64,000 nt of DNA. Source: a virus. The notes under the pieces were generated by a model, which ran no database searches, was not told the DNA's origin, and saw only the letters and a list, made by a program, of their open reading frames with translations. Shown in pieces: positions 34,401-44,947 of this stretch. A program made the position numbers and the translations under genes. Every line of letters starts with the position of its first letter. The stretch's first letter is position 1. The DNA lies in IMG/VR virus record IMGVR_UViG_3300017739_000004, positions 38,949 through 102,948 of that record. One strand, written 5' to 3'.

Positions 34401-36914
34401 TCTTTAGTCACAATGCCTATGGCTACAGATGTGGCTGAAATAGATCAACCTTATTCATCAACATTTTCAAATGTCAACCCTTATAATGTCTTTACATGGG
34501 GTGGTATGGTTAACCTTACACCAGAAAGCGATGAATGGAAAGAAGTAGATATTAGACCAGCAGTTATTATAGATGATACAGCTCAATATGATCAGTTTGT
34601 ACAAATGGCTGAAGAAGAAGGTATCTTAGGAACAGTTTGGAATGAATGGGAAACAAACTGGACCGGTGTAGAATTAGACATACAAAGAGAAACATTTTTT
34701 GATGATGAAGGACGAGGTGAAATTATTGAGGCAGATAGAGTTGTAGAAACAAGAACAGTCACAAGTCAAGAAACAAGAGATGGTGTAAAAACAGAAGTCG
34801 GATTTGATACAGTATATCGTAGTGATGGATTTAAAGTAGTAGAAATTAATTTCTTGCCATTTATTAGATCACGAAAAGTATTTTTCGATGCTCAATTATT
34901 AAAACCAAATACTAAGTTCTATGCATTTTTTGATGATGTAATGTTATCAAGTTATCCAAGTGGTACTTTTAATGCAGCAACTACTTTTGTAAAAGAAGAA
35001 AGTTCTATTACAGAATACTCAGATCAAACCTCAGTTGATACATTTGAAGGGCTTACAGTGCATCCTGATGGTGCTGGTGGAGAGTTGGTATCAGATGGTA
35101 CAGGAAGAATATTAGGTTCATTTATTATACCAAGAAATGATGTATTGAAATTTGCTGCTGGTGTCAGAGAATTTAGACTATCAGATGATATTAATAATAA
35201 TAAAGATAACGAAACATCTTTTGCAGAAGCTCAATATCATGCACAAGGTATGTTAGAAGTATTAGAAGAAACTATTGTATCAACAAAGGTACCGAAACTT
35301 GTACATACAGAAGTCAGTGAAGATAGAACTGTAGTAGAGACAGAAGTTAGTGAAACAACAGAATGGGTTGACCCAATAGCACAAACAATTCTTATCGATA
35401 AAGACGGTGGTCTATTTTGTAAATCAGTAGAGATATGGTTTAAAACAAAAGATGATAATATACCGGTAAGATTATCAATTAGAACAACTAAGAATGGTGT
35501 ACCAACACAAAGAATAGTACCAGGTGCAGATAAAATTTTATACCCTGGTTCAGTTAATGTATCAGAAAATGCAGCAGCTAATTCAGGTACAACTTTCTCA
35601 TTCGATCACCCAGTATATTTAAATCAAGATCAAGAATATGCAATAGTTCTTACATCACAATGTGATAATTATAATGTCTTTATTGCTGAGGTTGGTCAAA
35701 AAGATTTAACAAAAGCAAACGAAACAATTACAAAACAACCTTATGGTGGTGTATTCTTTAGTTCAGCAAATGCTTCAACATGGACACCTGAACAATTTAG
35801 AGATATGAAGTTTAAATTAAATAGAGCTGAATTTAATATTGGCTCTACATCAGTATTGACTTTACAAAATGATGCTTTACCAGCACGAAGAGTTGGTGGA
35901 AATCCATTTGTCACAAATACTACCTCTGGTTCGGGAACAACGTTTGCCTCTAATCCAAAAATAGTTTTAGTGAGACACCCAAACCATGGTATGTATAAAG
36001 GAACACAAAGTGTAGTTATTAGTGGAGTAAGTGGTGCACAAAATGGCATACCAGCTGCAGAATTAAATGGTACACATACGATTGGTAATGTCACACATGA
36101 TACATATACAATTACTGTAGGTTCTACTAATGCAACTGCAGATGGAAGATGTGGTGGCTCAAGTGTAAGAATAACTGAGAATAGACACATGGATGTGATG
36201 TACCCAGTCATATCAAATATTACAGTACCTGGAACATCAGTTAGATATTTTGCAAAGACTGTTTCTAATAAGAGTATAAATGGTTCAGAAACTGGTGGTG
36301 TTATGGACACTGCAAGATTTGAAATATTACCAAATAGAACATTTACATTTGCTGATCCAAGAGCAATATATAGTGATGTAAATGGTGCTCTATTAAGTGG
36401 TTCAAATAGATTTGGTACAAATAAAACATTCCAAATAGAAGTAGAATTATCTTCAACACAATCACACTTAAGTCCAGTGATTGATATGAATAGAACTTCT
36501 GTACATACAATTCAAAATAGAATTGGTAATAGTGGTTCAGCATCATCTGGTGAATTATTAGCTAGAGGTGGTTCTGAATTAGCAAGATATATAACAAGAA
36601 AAATACAATTACAAGAAGAGGCAGATGTCTTTAATGTATTTTTAAATGCACATAAACCAACTGGTAGTGATATATTATTATATTACAGAGCTTTAGGACA
36701 AAATAGTAAAACAAGTATATTCGATCAACCATTTATTTTGGCTGCTCCAACAGTAGGTTCAGTGCCATTCAATGATACTGGATTTGATGAAGTAGAATAT
36801 TCAATAGACCCAGCAGGTACATTTGGTGTGATACAATTTAAGATTGTTCTCGTGAGTAATAGCTCATCAAACATACCAAAGGTGAAAGATTTTAGAGCAA
36901 TATGTTCAACATAG
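31452..36914 (+). CDS. Large virion structural protein (VrlC-like)
   Basis: PYFDDY..KNFHRILFKPG.SVQARELTQLQS, APGADR, RIKNLEYYTSLSLLE, P.VKDFRAI. Confidence 0.85.
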   Translation: MAIKIYGDPYFDDYAESKNFHRILFKPGFSVQARELTQLQSLLQAQIDRHGQYSFKSGSRVVGGKVSVDTNLDFVKVEDAWNDGSSAFTTSSYLSQFVGRTITGGTSGVTATVVDHVVAGGTAPNGDTISNTLYIQYTNTGSDNITKVFSVGEILTGTNSSGQTIKAMVGGGPDTDLSTAGNQASTISSQTGKGSRANIEEGVYFISGNFVFVAAQSLVLENYGITPSFILSLQVNEEIINSTTDASLLDNAAGTPNATAPGADRYKIGTVLVKHKITAADPTGYAQRTTDGLNNLITLIKIVDGKTSVDKTDKTDDTPLTRRLAKRTFEESGNYSVEPFQISVKEYLNDGSNNGFKTVAQIRADGDANTDAAATQFGQDRLSISVEPNVAYVKGFRIEKTIADRVIVEKPRAAFTGDGNDREDVDVAVNSATDVQRTIRNGNFAEVILSTVEGVPDVNGYTTINLHTSTTPGSGSVVGTARVRGITADDEAANARIFLFDINMTTGAFSSVNSFQETASSTLRFQGQFKSYASTGAQLFDTNNLGMIIPLPHAATKEVSSVKYTTKKRFSYSSSATASHTFTLGTGETAVNVAASGYVFANVSGSPKIKKIPSIGGGTSTQVGTNDVTVNVAHANLYGSGTASNIDLIVDVEKTAVQRTAARATVTTSAASLGTVDGVVNALSLGRAHIIKINSVKETGNTSVDIKDQFELDNGQRESMFDLGKIILKPGFQAPANTLVVEFDHFNVTGEGDYFSVDSYGFAEYENIPSFKTVNKEIQLRDALDFRPIRDNAGTGFTGTGGNPQPLVDSSTIEFDTKYYLPRIDKLILKRNGSLVVKKGVPDERPSPPTVDDDAFSLYDFRLKPYIFNLNDFKPKINNTQRYTMKDIGNLDKRIKNLEYYTSLSLLEQNAADAQIFAADGTSRTKNGFIVDGFFGHNIGDPRNPDYSASIDKKRGHLRPKFDERNVNLIRKSGDSGTAVKSGSLVTMPMATDVAEIDQPYSSTFSNVNPYNVFTWGGMVNLTPESDEWKEVDIRPAVIIDDTAQYDQFVQMAEEEGILGTVWNEWETNWTGVELDIQRETFFDDEGRGEIIEADRVVETRTVTSQETRDGVKTEVGFDTVYRSDGFKVVEINFLPFIRSRKVFFDAQLLKPNTKFYAFFDDVMLSSYPSGTFNAATTFVKEESSITEYSDQTSVDTFEGLTVHPDGAGGELVSDGTGRILGSFIIPRNDVLKFAAGVREFRLSDDINNNKDNETSFAEAQYHAQGMLEVLEETIVSTKVPKLVHTEVSEDRTVVETEVSETTEWVDPIAQTILIDKDGGLFCKSVEIWFKTKDDNIPVRLSIRTTKNGVPTQRIVPGADKILYPGSVNVSENAAANSGTTFSFDHPVYLNQDQEYAIVLTSQCDNYNVFIAEVGQKDLTKANETITKQPYGGVFFSSANASTWTPEQFRDMKFKLNRAEFNIGSTSVLTLQNDALPARRVGGNPFVTNTTSGSGTTFASNPKIVLVRHPNHGMYKGTQSVVISGVSGAQNGIPAAELNGTHTIGNVTHDTYTITVGSTNATADGRCGGSSVRITENRHMDVMYPVISNITVPGTSVRYFAKTVSNKSINGSETGGVMDTARFEILPNRTFTFADPRAIYSDVNGALLSGSNRFGTNKTFQIEVELSSTQSHLSPVIDMNRTSVHTIQNRIGNSGSASSGELLARGGSELARYITRKIQLQEEADVFNVFLNAHKPTGSDILLYYRALGQNSKTSIFDQPFILAAPTVGSVPFNDTGFDEVEYSIDPAGTFGVIQFKIVLVSNSSSNIPKVKDFRAICST

Positions 36915-36922
36915 GATAAGAG

Positions 36923-37120
36923 ATGGCAAGAAAGAAAATAAAAGATTTACCTGACTTTATTAAAGATGAAAATAGTGGTGCTGTTATAAATACTAATAGT
37001 AATGCTATTAGAGCAAGAAGAGCACAAATGAATTTAGCAAATCAACAAGCTGAAAAGATTTTAGTACTTGAAGAAGAATTAGCTGAGCTTAAAAAAGCTA
37101 TAAAAAAATTGAGTAAATAA
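36923..37120 (+). CDS. Small coiled-coil protein
   Basis: KDENSGAVINTN then coiled coil; AGGA SD. Confidence 0.8.
   Translation: MARKKIKDLPDFIKDENSGAVINTNSNAIRARRAQMNLANQQAEKILVLEEELAELKKAIKKLSK
36985..36992 (+). promoter_or_regulatory. Possible late promoter for the 37123 fibre gene
   Basis: TATAAATA inside the small upstream gene. Confidence 0.5.
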
Positions 37121-37122
37121 AT

Positions 37123-40100
37123 ATGGCAATAGATAAAGAAACAAGAATATTAAAAAGTAATACCATTGAGCAATTTAGACAAAAGGCCAATGAGGTATCT
37201 TTACACTTAGGCGATACAGACCAATTAAATAGTTTAATTGCAGATAATGTATTTGACTATTCAAATGTTTCTGTAGGTACAGATTTAGTACAAGGTAGTG
37301 ATGATAATTCACTCATACAAAAATTTAATATAAAACCAGATGAAAGTTTAGATAATACTGGTGGTTATATTATTCTCAAAGGAAGTCCAACAATACCATC
37401 AAGTTTTGTTGCAGATGCTGTTGTCACACAATCAGGTGGATTCTCAGCAACTATTGTTAGTGTTTCAACATCAAAAATTCTTGTTAAAAATAGTTCAGGT
37501 ACATTTAATGCTGCACAAAATCTAGTAATAGGTTCAGACAATATAGCCAATTCAGCAGTCGTTAGATTAATTACAGAATCATATAATGTTGGTAATATTA
37601 GAGTATTTAAAAATGGTACTGAATTACCACAAGACTTATCAGCTACAGGTTTCCACGTTCCAGCTTTATCTGGTGTCATTACTTTACAAAATAATCCAGC
37701 ACTAGCAGGTTATGAAGAAGGTACAACAATTTCACAATCAGGTGGATTTAGTGCGACAGTTCTAAAGGCCACTTCAACAGCATTATTCTTAAAAGTACAA
37801 TCAGGTACATATTCAGTTAGTCAAAATATTACTGGTGGTGATGCCGCTATTATAGCAGCTAATCATACAGGTATATCAAGTAAAGACATTGCATTCGGAA
37901 ATGCCATCGAACTCAATACAATTACTGCAAATGCAACTGATGATATCCAAATTAAAGCCACAAGTACAGTACAAGCTTTAAACGAATTACAAGATGACAT
38001 CGGTAATATTGCTAACTTAGGTACAACCTCTGCAGGTGATTTAGTAGTTAGTATTAATGAATTAGAAACAGGGCTGAGAGGTACTTTAGGAAATTATACA
38101 GTATCTACAACTCAAGCTGGCCATGGTGTGGTCGGTGCAGTAAATGAATTACATACTGATATCGGAACAGCTAGTTTTACAAATGATCTTCCAAGTCATG
38201 CGACTTATAATACTGGTTCGCAAAACTTAACTGGTCAAATAGAAAATATTGCAACCTTTATTGGTGACACAGCAATTAATAATATTCATGGAAGTACACA
38301 TACTATTACACAAACTATTTCTAAACTACATACAGAAATAGGAAATATGACATTGACTGGATTAAGTGCAACAACTTTATCCGGTGCGGCAAGAGAACTC
38401 AGAACAGAATTAGGTGATGTCACTGCATTAAATACATCAGTCACAAGTAATGTGGTTGGTGCAATCAATGAGATTGAAGGTGTATTCGATGCATCAGCAA
38501 GAACAATTACTACATCCGGTGACTTGACAATTGATTCATCTGGTGATATAATATTGGATGCAGATGGTGGTGATATATTACTTAAAGATGCTGGGAATAG
38601 TTTTGGTAAATTTACTAATAGTTCTGGTAGTTTGCATATAGTATCTCAAGGTTCAGACAACGATATTAACTTCTTTGGTAATGATGGTGGCTCAAGTGTG
38701 ACTGCTCTCACCCTTGATATGTCAGATGCTGGTACAGCAATCTTTAATCACGATATTAAATTACCTGATAGTGGTCAAGCAATTTTTGGTGCAGGCTCTG
38801 ATTTAAAAATTTATCACGATGGTTCTAATAGTTATATAAATGATGCTGGTACTGGATATTTAGTAATTCAATCAAACGGACCGGGTATTCGTTTAAATAG
38901 TTCTGCAGCAGAAATAATGATTGATGCAACTCCTGATGGTGCTGTAACACTTTATCATAATAATATAGCAAAACTAGCCACTAAAGCAGATGGTGTAGAT
39001 ATTACAGGTGAATTACAATCAGATTCATTAGACGTAGATGGTGTTGGAGATATATCTGGTAATCTTACAGTTCACGGTGTCTTAGATATAGGAACACTCA
39101 GTACACAATTTAGTGTATCAAATAGAAATGATGTAAAACTTGCTTTAAATGAATTGCATTCAGAATTAGGTAATGCTGTAATAACAGGAACAAATACCGC
39201 AGCTGCAGGTTTAACTAATCTTACATCAGCCATAAATGCAATCGATGCAGAAATTGGTGTCACAAATACAATATTAAATAGTGTTGGTACTCATGGTGGT
39301 ACAACTGTTGCAGGTGTATTAGGAAATCTAAGTACAGCAATAGTAAATAATGATACAGATATATCTACCCTTCAAGGAAGAGATATAATTGCAGGAACTG
39401 GTTTAACTGGTGGTGGAACATTAGCTGAAGATAGAACATTAAATGTCATTGGTGGTGATGGTATCACTGCTAATGCAAATGACGTTGCAGTAGATGCTAC
39501 AGTTCTAAGAACAACAAGTACAAATGTTGTAAGAACAGATGCAAATAGAAATATTGTCAGTGGAACCACTGTCACATTTGATTCTGGTTCATCATTAATA
39601 ATTAATGGTACATTGACATTAGCTGGTTCTGCATCAGGTGTATCTACATTTGGTGTAAACTTTGTTGAGGTTGATGGTTCTGGAAATCAGCAAGGTCTAC
39701 AGGTACAAAATAGTTTTTCAGGATATAGTGTAGACCCTAGAGTTCAATGGAATCATACAAGAGTCAGTGCAGCCCCAACAAGAGCATGGCAATTAGTTGG
39801 TCTTGCAGCTGATGGAAGTACAGCAGATACTACAGACATAGTCACATATACAAACTTTGGTGATCTTGCAGATGGTACTCATTTAGAAAAGAGTGGTACA
39901 TCTCTTAGAATAAAAGATAGTGGTGTCACAACAGATAAAATTGCAAATTTAAATGTCACAACAGGTAAAGTTGCTGCTAGTGCGATTACATTTGCTAAAA
40001 TGCAAAACATATCACAGAATAGATTATTAGGAAGAACTGCTGCAGGTTCTGGTAATATAACAGAAGTTCAAATACAAACAGGTATGATTGCAGCAGATGC

Positions 40101-42708
40101 AGTCACAAATGCTAAATTAGAACACGATCACTTTACAATTACAGATGGTTCAAACTCAACAGATGTTGCATTGAATGATACATTAACAATTCAAGGTACA
40201 GCAAATGAAATTGAAGTGGTTGAAAATTCAAGAACAGTCACAATAGGTATACCAACTAATCCAACTTTATCTGGAAATGTAGTAGTCACAGGTAATCTAC
40301 AAGTCGATGGTACAACAACAACTGTAAATACAGCTACACTTGATGTTGAGGATCCATTAATTAAATTAGCTAAAAATAATAATTCTGGTGATGCAGTAGA
40401 TATTGGTCTATATGGATTATACGATACATCAGGTTCACAAGATTTATATGCTGGTTTATTTAGAGATGCTAATGATTCAGGTAAGTTTAAACTATTTAAA
40501 GATTTACAAGTAGAACCAACAACCACAGTAAATGTAAGTGGAACTGGTTATGCAGTGGCAACATTAGTAGCCAATGTCGAAGGTTCAGTCACAGGTACTG
40601 TTTCTGGAAATGCTGGATCAGCAACTGTTTTACAAAATGCAAGAAACTTCTCAGTCAGTGGTGATGCTACTGCAAGTGCTGTCTCTTTTGATGGTAGTGG
40701 AAATGTTGATCTCAACGTAAATATAGATGCTAATACAGTTGGCATAACAGAATTAAATGTCACAGATGGTTCAGCAGGTCAAGTATTAGAAACAGATGGT
40801 AGTGGTAATTTATCATTTGGTACAGTATCAACCACAAATAACTTTGTCAATAGTGTAGCATTTAATACAAGTAATGGTATTCTAACATTAGGAAGAAATG
40901 GTCTATCTAATTTAACCGTTGATCTTGATGGCAGATTCTCAACTACAGATACAAATACACAAAATCAATATGCTATATCATGCGTTGATGGTGACAATAC
41001 AGACGAAGAAAAGATAAGACTTTCTGGTTCAGGCCATAATGGTAGTACTACAGATGATGTTGTTTTAGAAGCTTCAACTGGTTTATCTATTGCTAGAAGT
41101 GGAGATAAAATTACATATACAAACACAGCACCAGATCAAACAGTTGCTTTAACAGGTGGTTCAAACGTCACCGTCACTGGAACATATCCAAACTTTACAA
41201 TTGCATCAACTGATACAAATACACAATTATCGACAGCAGATGTTAGAGGTAAGTTCTCTGCAGGAGAAGGTATCGATATATCATCTGGTGTAATATCAGG
41301 TGAAGATGCTACAGCAACAAATAAAGGTATTGCATCTTTTAATTCTGGTGATTTCACAGTAAGTTCAGGTTCTGTAAGTATTAATTCAGGTGGTATATCA
41401 AATGCTCAGTTAGCAGGGTCAATTGCAAATGGTAAATTAGCAAATAGTTCTGTATCATTCGGTGGAATAAGTCTTTCATTAGGTGGTTCAGATGCTACAC
41501 CTGCATTTGATTTACAAGATGCGACTGGTTATAAAACAATCAATTTAGTAGGTACAATTACAAGTGCACAATTAGCAGGTTCTATTACTCAGGATAAATT
41601 AGCAGGTTCGATAGCTAATAACAAATTAGCAAATAGTTCAATTAGTGGTATTTCATTGGGTGGTCAATTATTAGCACTAAGCGTAGATGATAGTACTTTA
41701 CAATTAAATAGTGGTACAACATACAATGGATCAGCAACTAAGACAATATCTATTAAAGATGGTGGAGTTGCAGCTGCTAAATTACATAATAATAATGTCA
41801 CAAATGCTTCAGTATCAGGTACAACATTAACACTTACCCGACAAGGTGTTGCAAATGTTGCATTTACTGCAGATAATTATGGTTCATTTAGTGTCACAGA
41901 TGGGAGTGAATCAGATACAGTTAGTTCAGGTCAATCCATAACATTTGCAGCAGGAACTGGATTATCAGTAGATCAAACAGATAGAACAGTCACTTATACA
42001 CCTAATTTAAATGCGATAAGAGGTGTCAGACTAGAAGATTCTGGTGGTAGCTTAATTTCAAATGTTGATGAAACTGGATTAGAACAAAGAATCACATTAA
42101 AAGAAGGTACTAATATTGATCTTCAAAATTCAGGTGGAGAGATTGTTATTAATGGTCCAGCTGTAAATAATGCAGCCAATTTAGATAGTGGTACATTACC
42201 AAATGCAAGAATTAATAATGATCTAAGAGGAACTGTCAATAAGATTGGTAGTACATCTGGTAATACTTTTTTACATTTTAATTCATCTACTGATATTAAA
42301 TTCTTTGTTAATAATCAAGAAGAAGCACTATTAGAAGAAGATGGTGATTTCCATGTAAGAAATGACATAATAGCTGTTTCAACAACTCTTACATCAGATG
42401 AAAAATTAAAAGAAGATATACATAAAGTTGAAGGTGCATTAGAATTAGTATCTCAACTTGATGGTGTGACCTTTAAATGGAAAAAAGATGGCAGACAATC
42501 TGCTGGTGTTATTGCACAAAATGTAGAAAAAGTATTACCAAGTGCAGTACGTGAAGTAAATAATATTGATAATTCAGATACACATAAGGTTGTTGATTAT
42601 AACCAATTATCTGCTTTATTAATTGAAGCAATCAAAGAATTAAAAGAACAAAATAAAGAACTGAAAGACGAGATTGAAGTTCTTAAAAATATAAATAGTA
42701 ATAGTTAG
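37123..42708 (+). CDS. Fibre protein with a C-terminal intramolecular chaperone (peptidase S74-like)
   Basis: N-terminal TIEQFRQKAN; AINEL coiled-coil repeats; SDEKLKEDI..GVIAQNVE..VDYNQL..LIEAIKEL. Confidence 0.85.
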   Translation: MAIDKETRILKSNTIEQFRQKANEVSLHLGDTDQLNSLIADNVFDYSNVSVGTDLVQGSDDNSLIQKFNIKPDESLDNTGGYIILKGSPTIPSSFVADAVVTQSGGFSATIVSVSTSKILVKNSSGTFNAAQNLVIGSDNIANSAVVRLITESYNVGNIRVFKNGTELPQDLSATGFHVPALSGVITLQNNPALAGYEEGTTISQSGGFSATVLKATSTALFLKVQSGTYSVSQNITGGDAAIIAANHTGISSKDIAFGNAIELNTITANATDDIQIKATSTVQALNELQDDIGNIANLGTTSAGDLVVSINELETGLRGTLGNYTVSTTQAGHGVVGAVNELHTDIGTASFTNDLPSHATYNTGSQNLTGQIENIATFIGDTAINNIHGSTHTITQTISKLHTEIGNMTLTGLSATTLSGAARELRTELGDVTALNTSVTSNVVGAINEIEGVFDASARTITTSGDLTIDSSGDIILDADGGDILLKDAGNSFGKFTNSSGSLHIVSQGSDNDINFFGNDGGSSVTALTLDMSDAGTAIFNHDIKLPDSGQAIFGAGSDLKIYHDGSNSYINDAGTGYLVIQSNGPGIRLNSSAAEIMIDATPDGAVTLYHNNIAKLATKADGVDITGELQSDSLDVDGVGDISGNLTVHGVLDIGTLSTQFSVSNRNDVKLALNELHSELGNAVITGTNTAAAGLTNLTSAINAIDAEIGVTNTILNSVGTHGGTTVAGVLGNLSTAIVNNDTDISTLQGRDIIAGTGLTGGGTLAEDRTLNVIGGDGITANANDVAVDATVLRTTSTNVVRTDANRNIVSGTTVTFDSGSSLIINGTLTLAGSASGVSTFGVNFVEVDGSGNQQGLQVQNSFSGYSVDPRVQWNHTRVSAAPTRAWQLVGLAADGSTADTTDIVTYTNFGDLADGTHLEKSGTSLRIKDSGVTTDKIANLNVTTGKVAASAITFAKMQNISQNRLLGRTAAGSGNITEVQIQTGMIAADAVTNAKLEHDHFTITDGSNSTDVALNDTLTIQGTANEIEVVENSRTVTIGIPTNPTLSGNVVVTGNLQVDGTTTTVNTATLDVEDPLIKLAKNNNSGDAVDIGLYGLYDTSGSQDLYAGLFRDANDSGKFKLFKDLQVEPTTTVNVSGTGYAVATLVANVEGSVTGTVSGNAGSATVLQNARNFSVSGDATASAVSFDGSGNVDLNVNIDANTVGITELNVTDGSAGQVLETDGSGNLSFGTVSTTNNFVNSVAFNTSNGILTLGRNGLSNLTVDLDGRFSTTDTNTQNQYAISCVDGDNTDEEKIRLSGSGHNGSTTDDVVLEASTGLSIARSGDKITYTNTAPDQTVALTGGSNVTVTGTYPNFTIASTDTNTQLSTADVRGKFSAGEGIDISSGVISGEDATATNKGIASFNSGDFTVSSGSVSINSGGISNAQLAGSIANGKLANSSVSFGGISLSLGGSDATPAFDLQDATGYKTINLVGTITSAQLAGSITQDKLAGSIANNKLANSSISGISLGGQLLALSVDDSTLQLNSGTTYNGSATKTISIKDGGVAAAKLHNNNVTNASVSGTTLTLTRQGVANVAFTADNYGSFSVTDGSESDTVSSGQSITFAAGTGLSVDQTDRTVTYTPNLNAIRGVRLEDSGGSLISNVDETGLEQRITLKEGTNIDLQNSGGEIVINGPAVNNAANLDSGTLPNARINNDLRGTVNKIGSTSGNTFLHFNSSTDIKFFVNNQEEALLEEDGDFHVRNDIIAVSTTLTSDEKLKEDIHKVEGALELVSQLDGVTFKWKKDGRQSAGVIAQNVEKVLPSAVREVNNIDNSDTHKVVDYNQLSALLIEAIKELKEQNKELKDEIEVLKNINSNS
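42690..42697 (+). promoter_or_regulatory. T4-type late promoter
   Basis: TATAAATA before ATG 42718. Confidence 0.65.
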
Positions 42709-42717
42709 GGATATATT

Positions 42718-43059
42718 ATGGCAATGATTTCAAACTTAACCATCGACCAAGGGGCGAGTTTTAAGGCTGAAATAGATGTTAAAGATGCTGATGGAGATGC
42801 ATTAGATTTAACTGGATTTACTGGTGCTGGCCAAATGAGAAAAACATACTCATCTAGTACAGCAACAAATTTTACAGTAGAATTTAAGAGTCCGAGAACG
42901 ACAGGTACATTGACTATATCACTTACTGCAGCGCAAACAAATGCGATTAAAGCAGGAAGATATGTATATGATGTAGAGATCACTAAAACAGCAGATTCAG
43001 AAGTGACTAGAGTAGTAGAAGGACAGATAGACGTGACACCAGGGGTGACAAGAGCATAA
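42718..43059 (+). CDS. Small virion structural protein (fibre adaptor-like)
   Basis: NLTIDQGA.F, DLTGF...QMRK, GRYVYDVEI, RVVEG...VTPGVT. Confidence 0.8.
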   Translation: MAMISNLTIDQGASFKAEIDVKDADGDALDLTGFTGAGQMRKTYSSSTATNFTVEFKSPRTTGTLTISLTAAQTNAIKAGRYVYDVEITKTADSEVTRVVEGQIDVTPGVTRA

Positions 43060-43304
43060 TGGCAATAAAAGCAACTTTAAGACAGCAGAGTGGAATCAAG
43101 GCTTCATTAAATAATAAGAAAGAAGTCGTAGCTCAAACAATTAAAGTCTCACAAGGAAATATTGGATTAGGCGACTTAAATAATGTTAACATCTCTGGAG
43201 CAACAGATGGTTCAGTACTTATATTCGATGGCACTACACAAGGATTTAAAGTAGTTAATAACGTAGAGAATGAAAACCTTACTTTAACCGGAGGTTTATA
43301 CTAA
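43059..43304 (+). CDS. Small fibre-associated protein
   Basis: [15 protein letters not shown]; ends GGLY. Confidence 0.75.
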   Translation: MAIKATLRQQSGIKASLNNKKEVVAQTIKVSQGNIGLGDLNNVNISGATDGSVLIFDGTTQGFKVVNNVENENLTLTGGLY

Positions 43305-43305
43305 T

Positions 43306-44907
43306 ATGGCAGCAAAAACAAGAATTAAGATTTTAACCAGTGGAACTACTGGAGCCCCGTCGAGCATATTAAAGACAGGTGAATTAGCTTACTCATACGC
43401 ATCAGGTAGTGGAGGAGATACTCTCTATGTTGGTGCTGGTACCGAAGTCGGTGGAGTTGCATCATCGGTTCATATTTTAGGTGGTAAAGCATATACAGAT
43501 TTATTCCCTACAGATTTTGATGGCGGTACAAATGAAGCTGGTAAGATATTAATTACAGATGGTAATAAACATGTAAGTGAATTAAATACAGGTGGACTAA
43601 AATTAGCAGCCACTGGTTCTCTTGCTTCAGCACAACAAGTCACAAGTATCCAGACTTCAATGCCTGGTTCACCATCAAATACTCAGCTGATTACAGCTTC
43701 AGCAATTAAAACATACATTGATACACAAGTCACAGCACAAGACTTAGATTTTCAAGGTGATTCAGGTGGTGCATTATCAATAGATATAGATAGTGAAACA
43801 TTAACTATAGCGGGTGGAACTGCATTAAGTTCAGTTGGGTCTGGTAATACAGTCACACTTAATCTTGATAATACTGCAGTATCAGCTGGTTCTTATGGTT
43901 CAACCACAGCAATTCCAACATTTACAGTAGATGCTCAAGGTCGATTGACTGCGGCAGGTCAAGTAAATGTTGCAACAGCTTTAACAGTAGATGGTGATTC
44001 TGGAACAGGTGATGTTGATCTCTTAACAGATGATCTAAGAATCGTCGGTACAGCAAATGAGATTTCTACAAGTGTAGCAAAATCAGGTACAGACGTTGTA
44101 GTCACTCTTGCATTACCAGATGATGTCACAATTGGTGATGATCTAACAGTCACAGGTGATGCAGCCATTGGTGGTAATACCACAATTACTGGAAACTTAA
44201 CAGTTAATGGTACCACAACAACCGTATCTAGTAGCACAATTTCTGTGACAGATACAATGATCGAATTAGCCAAAGATACTTCATCGGCTGATAACCTAGA
44301 TCGTGGTGTAAGATTTAAATATCATAATGGTTCAGCAGTCAAAGATGGATTCTTTGGATTTGATATTCAAACAGAAAGATTTGTATTTACAAAAGACGAA
44401 GATTTATCAGGAGCTGAAAATGTCAGTACACCTTTCCATGATGCTCAATTTGGTGGTGTCTTTGCAGGTAATGTACGATTAGGAGTCACTGCTGATAATG
44501 AAATTGATACTTCATCAGGTAATCTTATATTAGATTCAACTGGTGGTACAGTACAAATAACAGACAATTTAGATTTAGATGGTAATGGAGATGTATCAGG
44601 CACCTTAGCAGTTGGAAGTAATTTAACTGTTGGTGGTAATATAGCAGCAGGTTCAAATAACCTGACAGCTACCGGTACAGTATCTTTAGGTGCGACATCA
44701 GCAGCCTCATTATCATTAACAACAGATTTACCAGTAGCCCATGGTGGTACTGGAATAAGTTCATTTACCGGAGATGCAGTATTAATTTCAAATGCTGGCG
44801 GTACGGCACTAAGTTTTATAACCTCTAGTGACGAAGGTGCAATATTACAATTTAATAGTTCTAATGTACCAGTTGCTTCTACAGTCGTAGACTGTGGAAC
44901 ATACTAA
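43306..44907 (+). CDS. Tail fibre protein
   Basis: N-terminal P..L..GELAYS; [12 protein letters not shown]; [10 protein letters not shown]; ends DCGTY. Confidence 0.8.
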   Translation: MAAKTRIKILTSGTTGAPSSILKTGELAYSYASGSGGDTLYVGAGTEVGGVASSVHILGGKAYTDLFPTDFDGGTNEAGKILITDGNKHVSELNTGGLKLAATGSLASAQQVTSIQTSMPGSPSNTQLITASAIKTYIDTQVTAQDLDFQGDSGGALSIDIDSETLTIAGGTALSSVGSGNTVTLNLDNTAVSAGSYGSTTAIPTFTVDAQGRLTAAGQVNVATALTVDGDSGTGDVDLLTDDLRIVGTANEISTSVAKSGTDVVVTLALPDDVTIGDDLTVTGDAAIGGNTTITGNLTVNGTTTTVSSSTISVTDTMIELAKDTSSADNLDRGVRFKYHNGSAVKDGFFGFDIQTERFVFTKDEDLSGAENVSTPFHDAQFGGVFAGNVRLGVTADNEIDTSSGNLILDSTGGTVQITDNLDLDGNGDVSGTLAVGSNLTVGGNIAAGSNNLTATGTVSLGATSAASLSLTTDLPVAHGGTGISSFTGDAVLISNAGGTALSFITSSDEGAILQFNSSNVPVASTVVDCGTY

Positions 44908-44947
44908 TATATAAACTCTATATAGAGATTGATAGGAGAAGCCAAAA

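Noticed and set aside
35741-36310. 189-aa minus-strand ORF and other antisense ORFs (e.g. 15389-15820, 63203-63547)
   Set aside because: Shadows of long sense genes; no SD, promoter or recognisable motif
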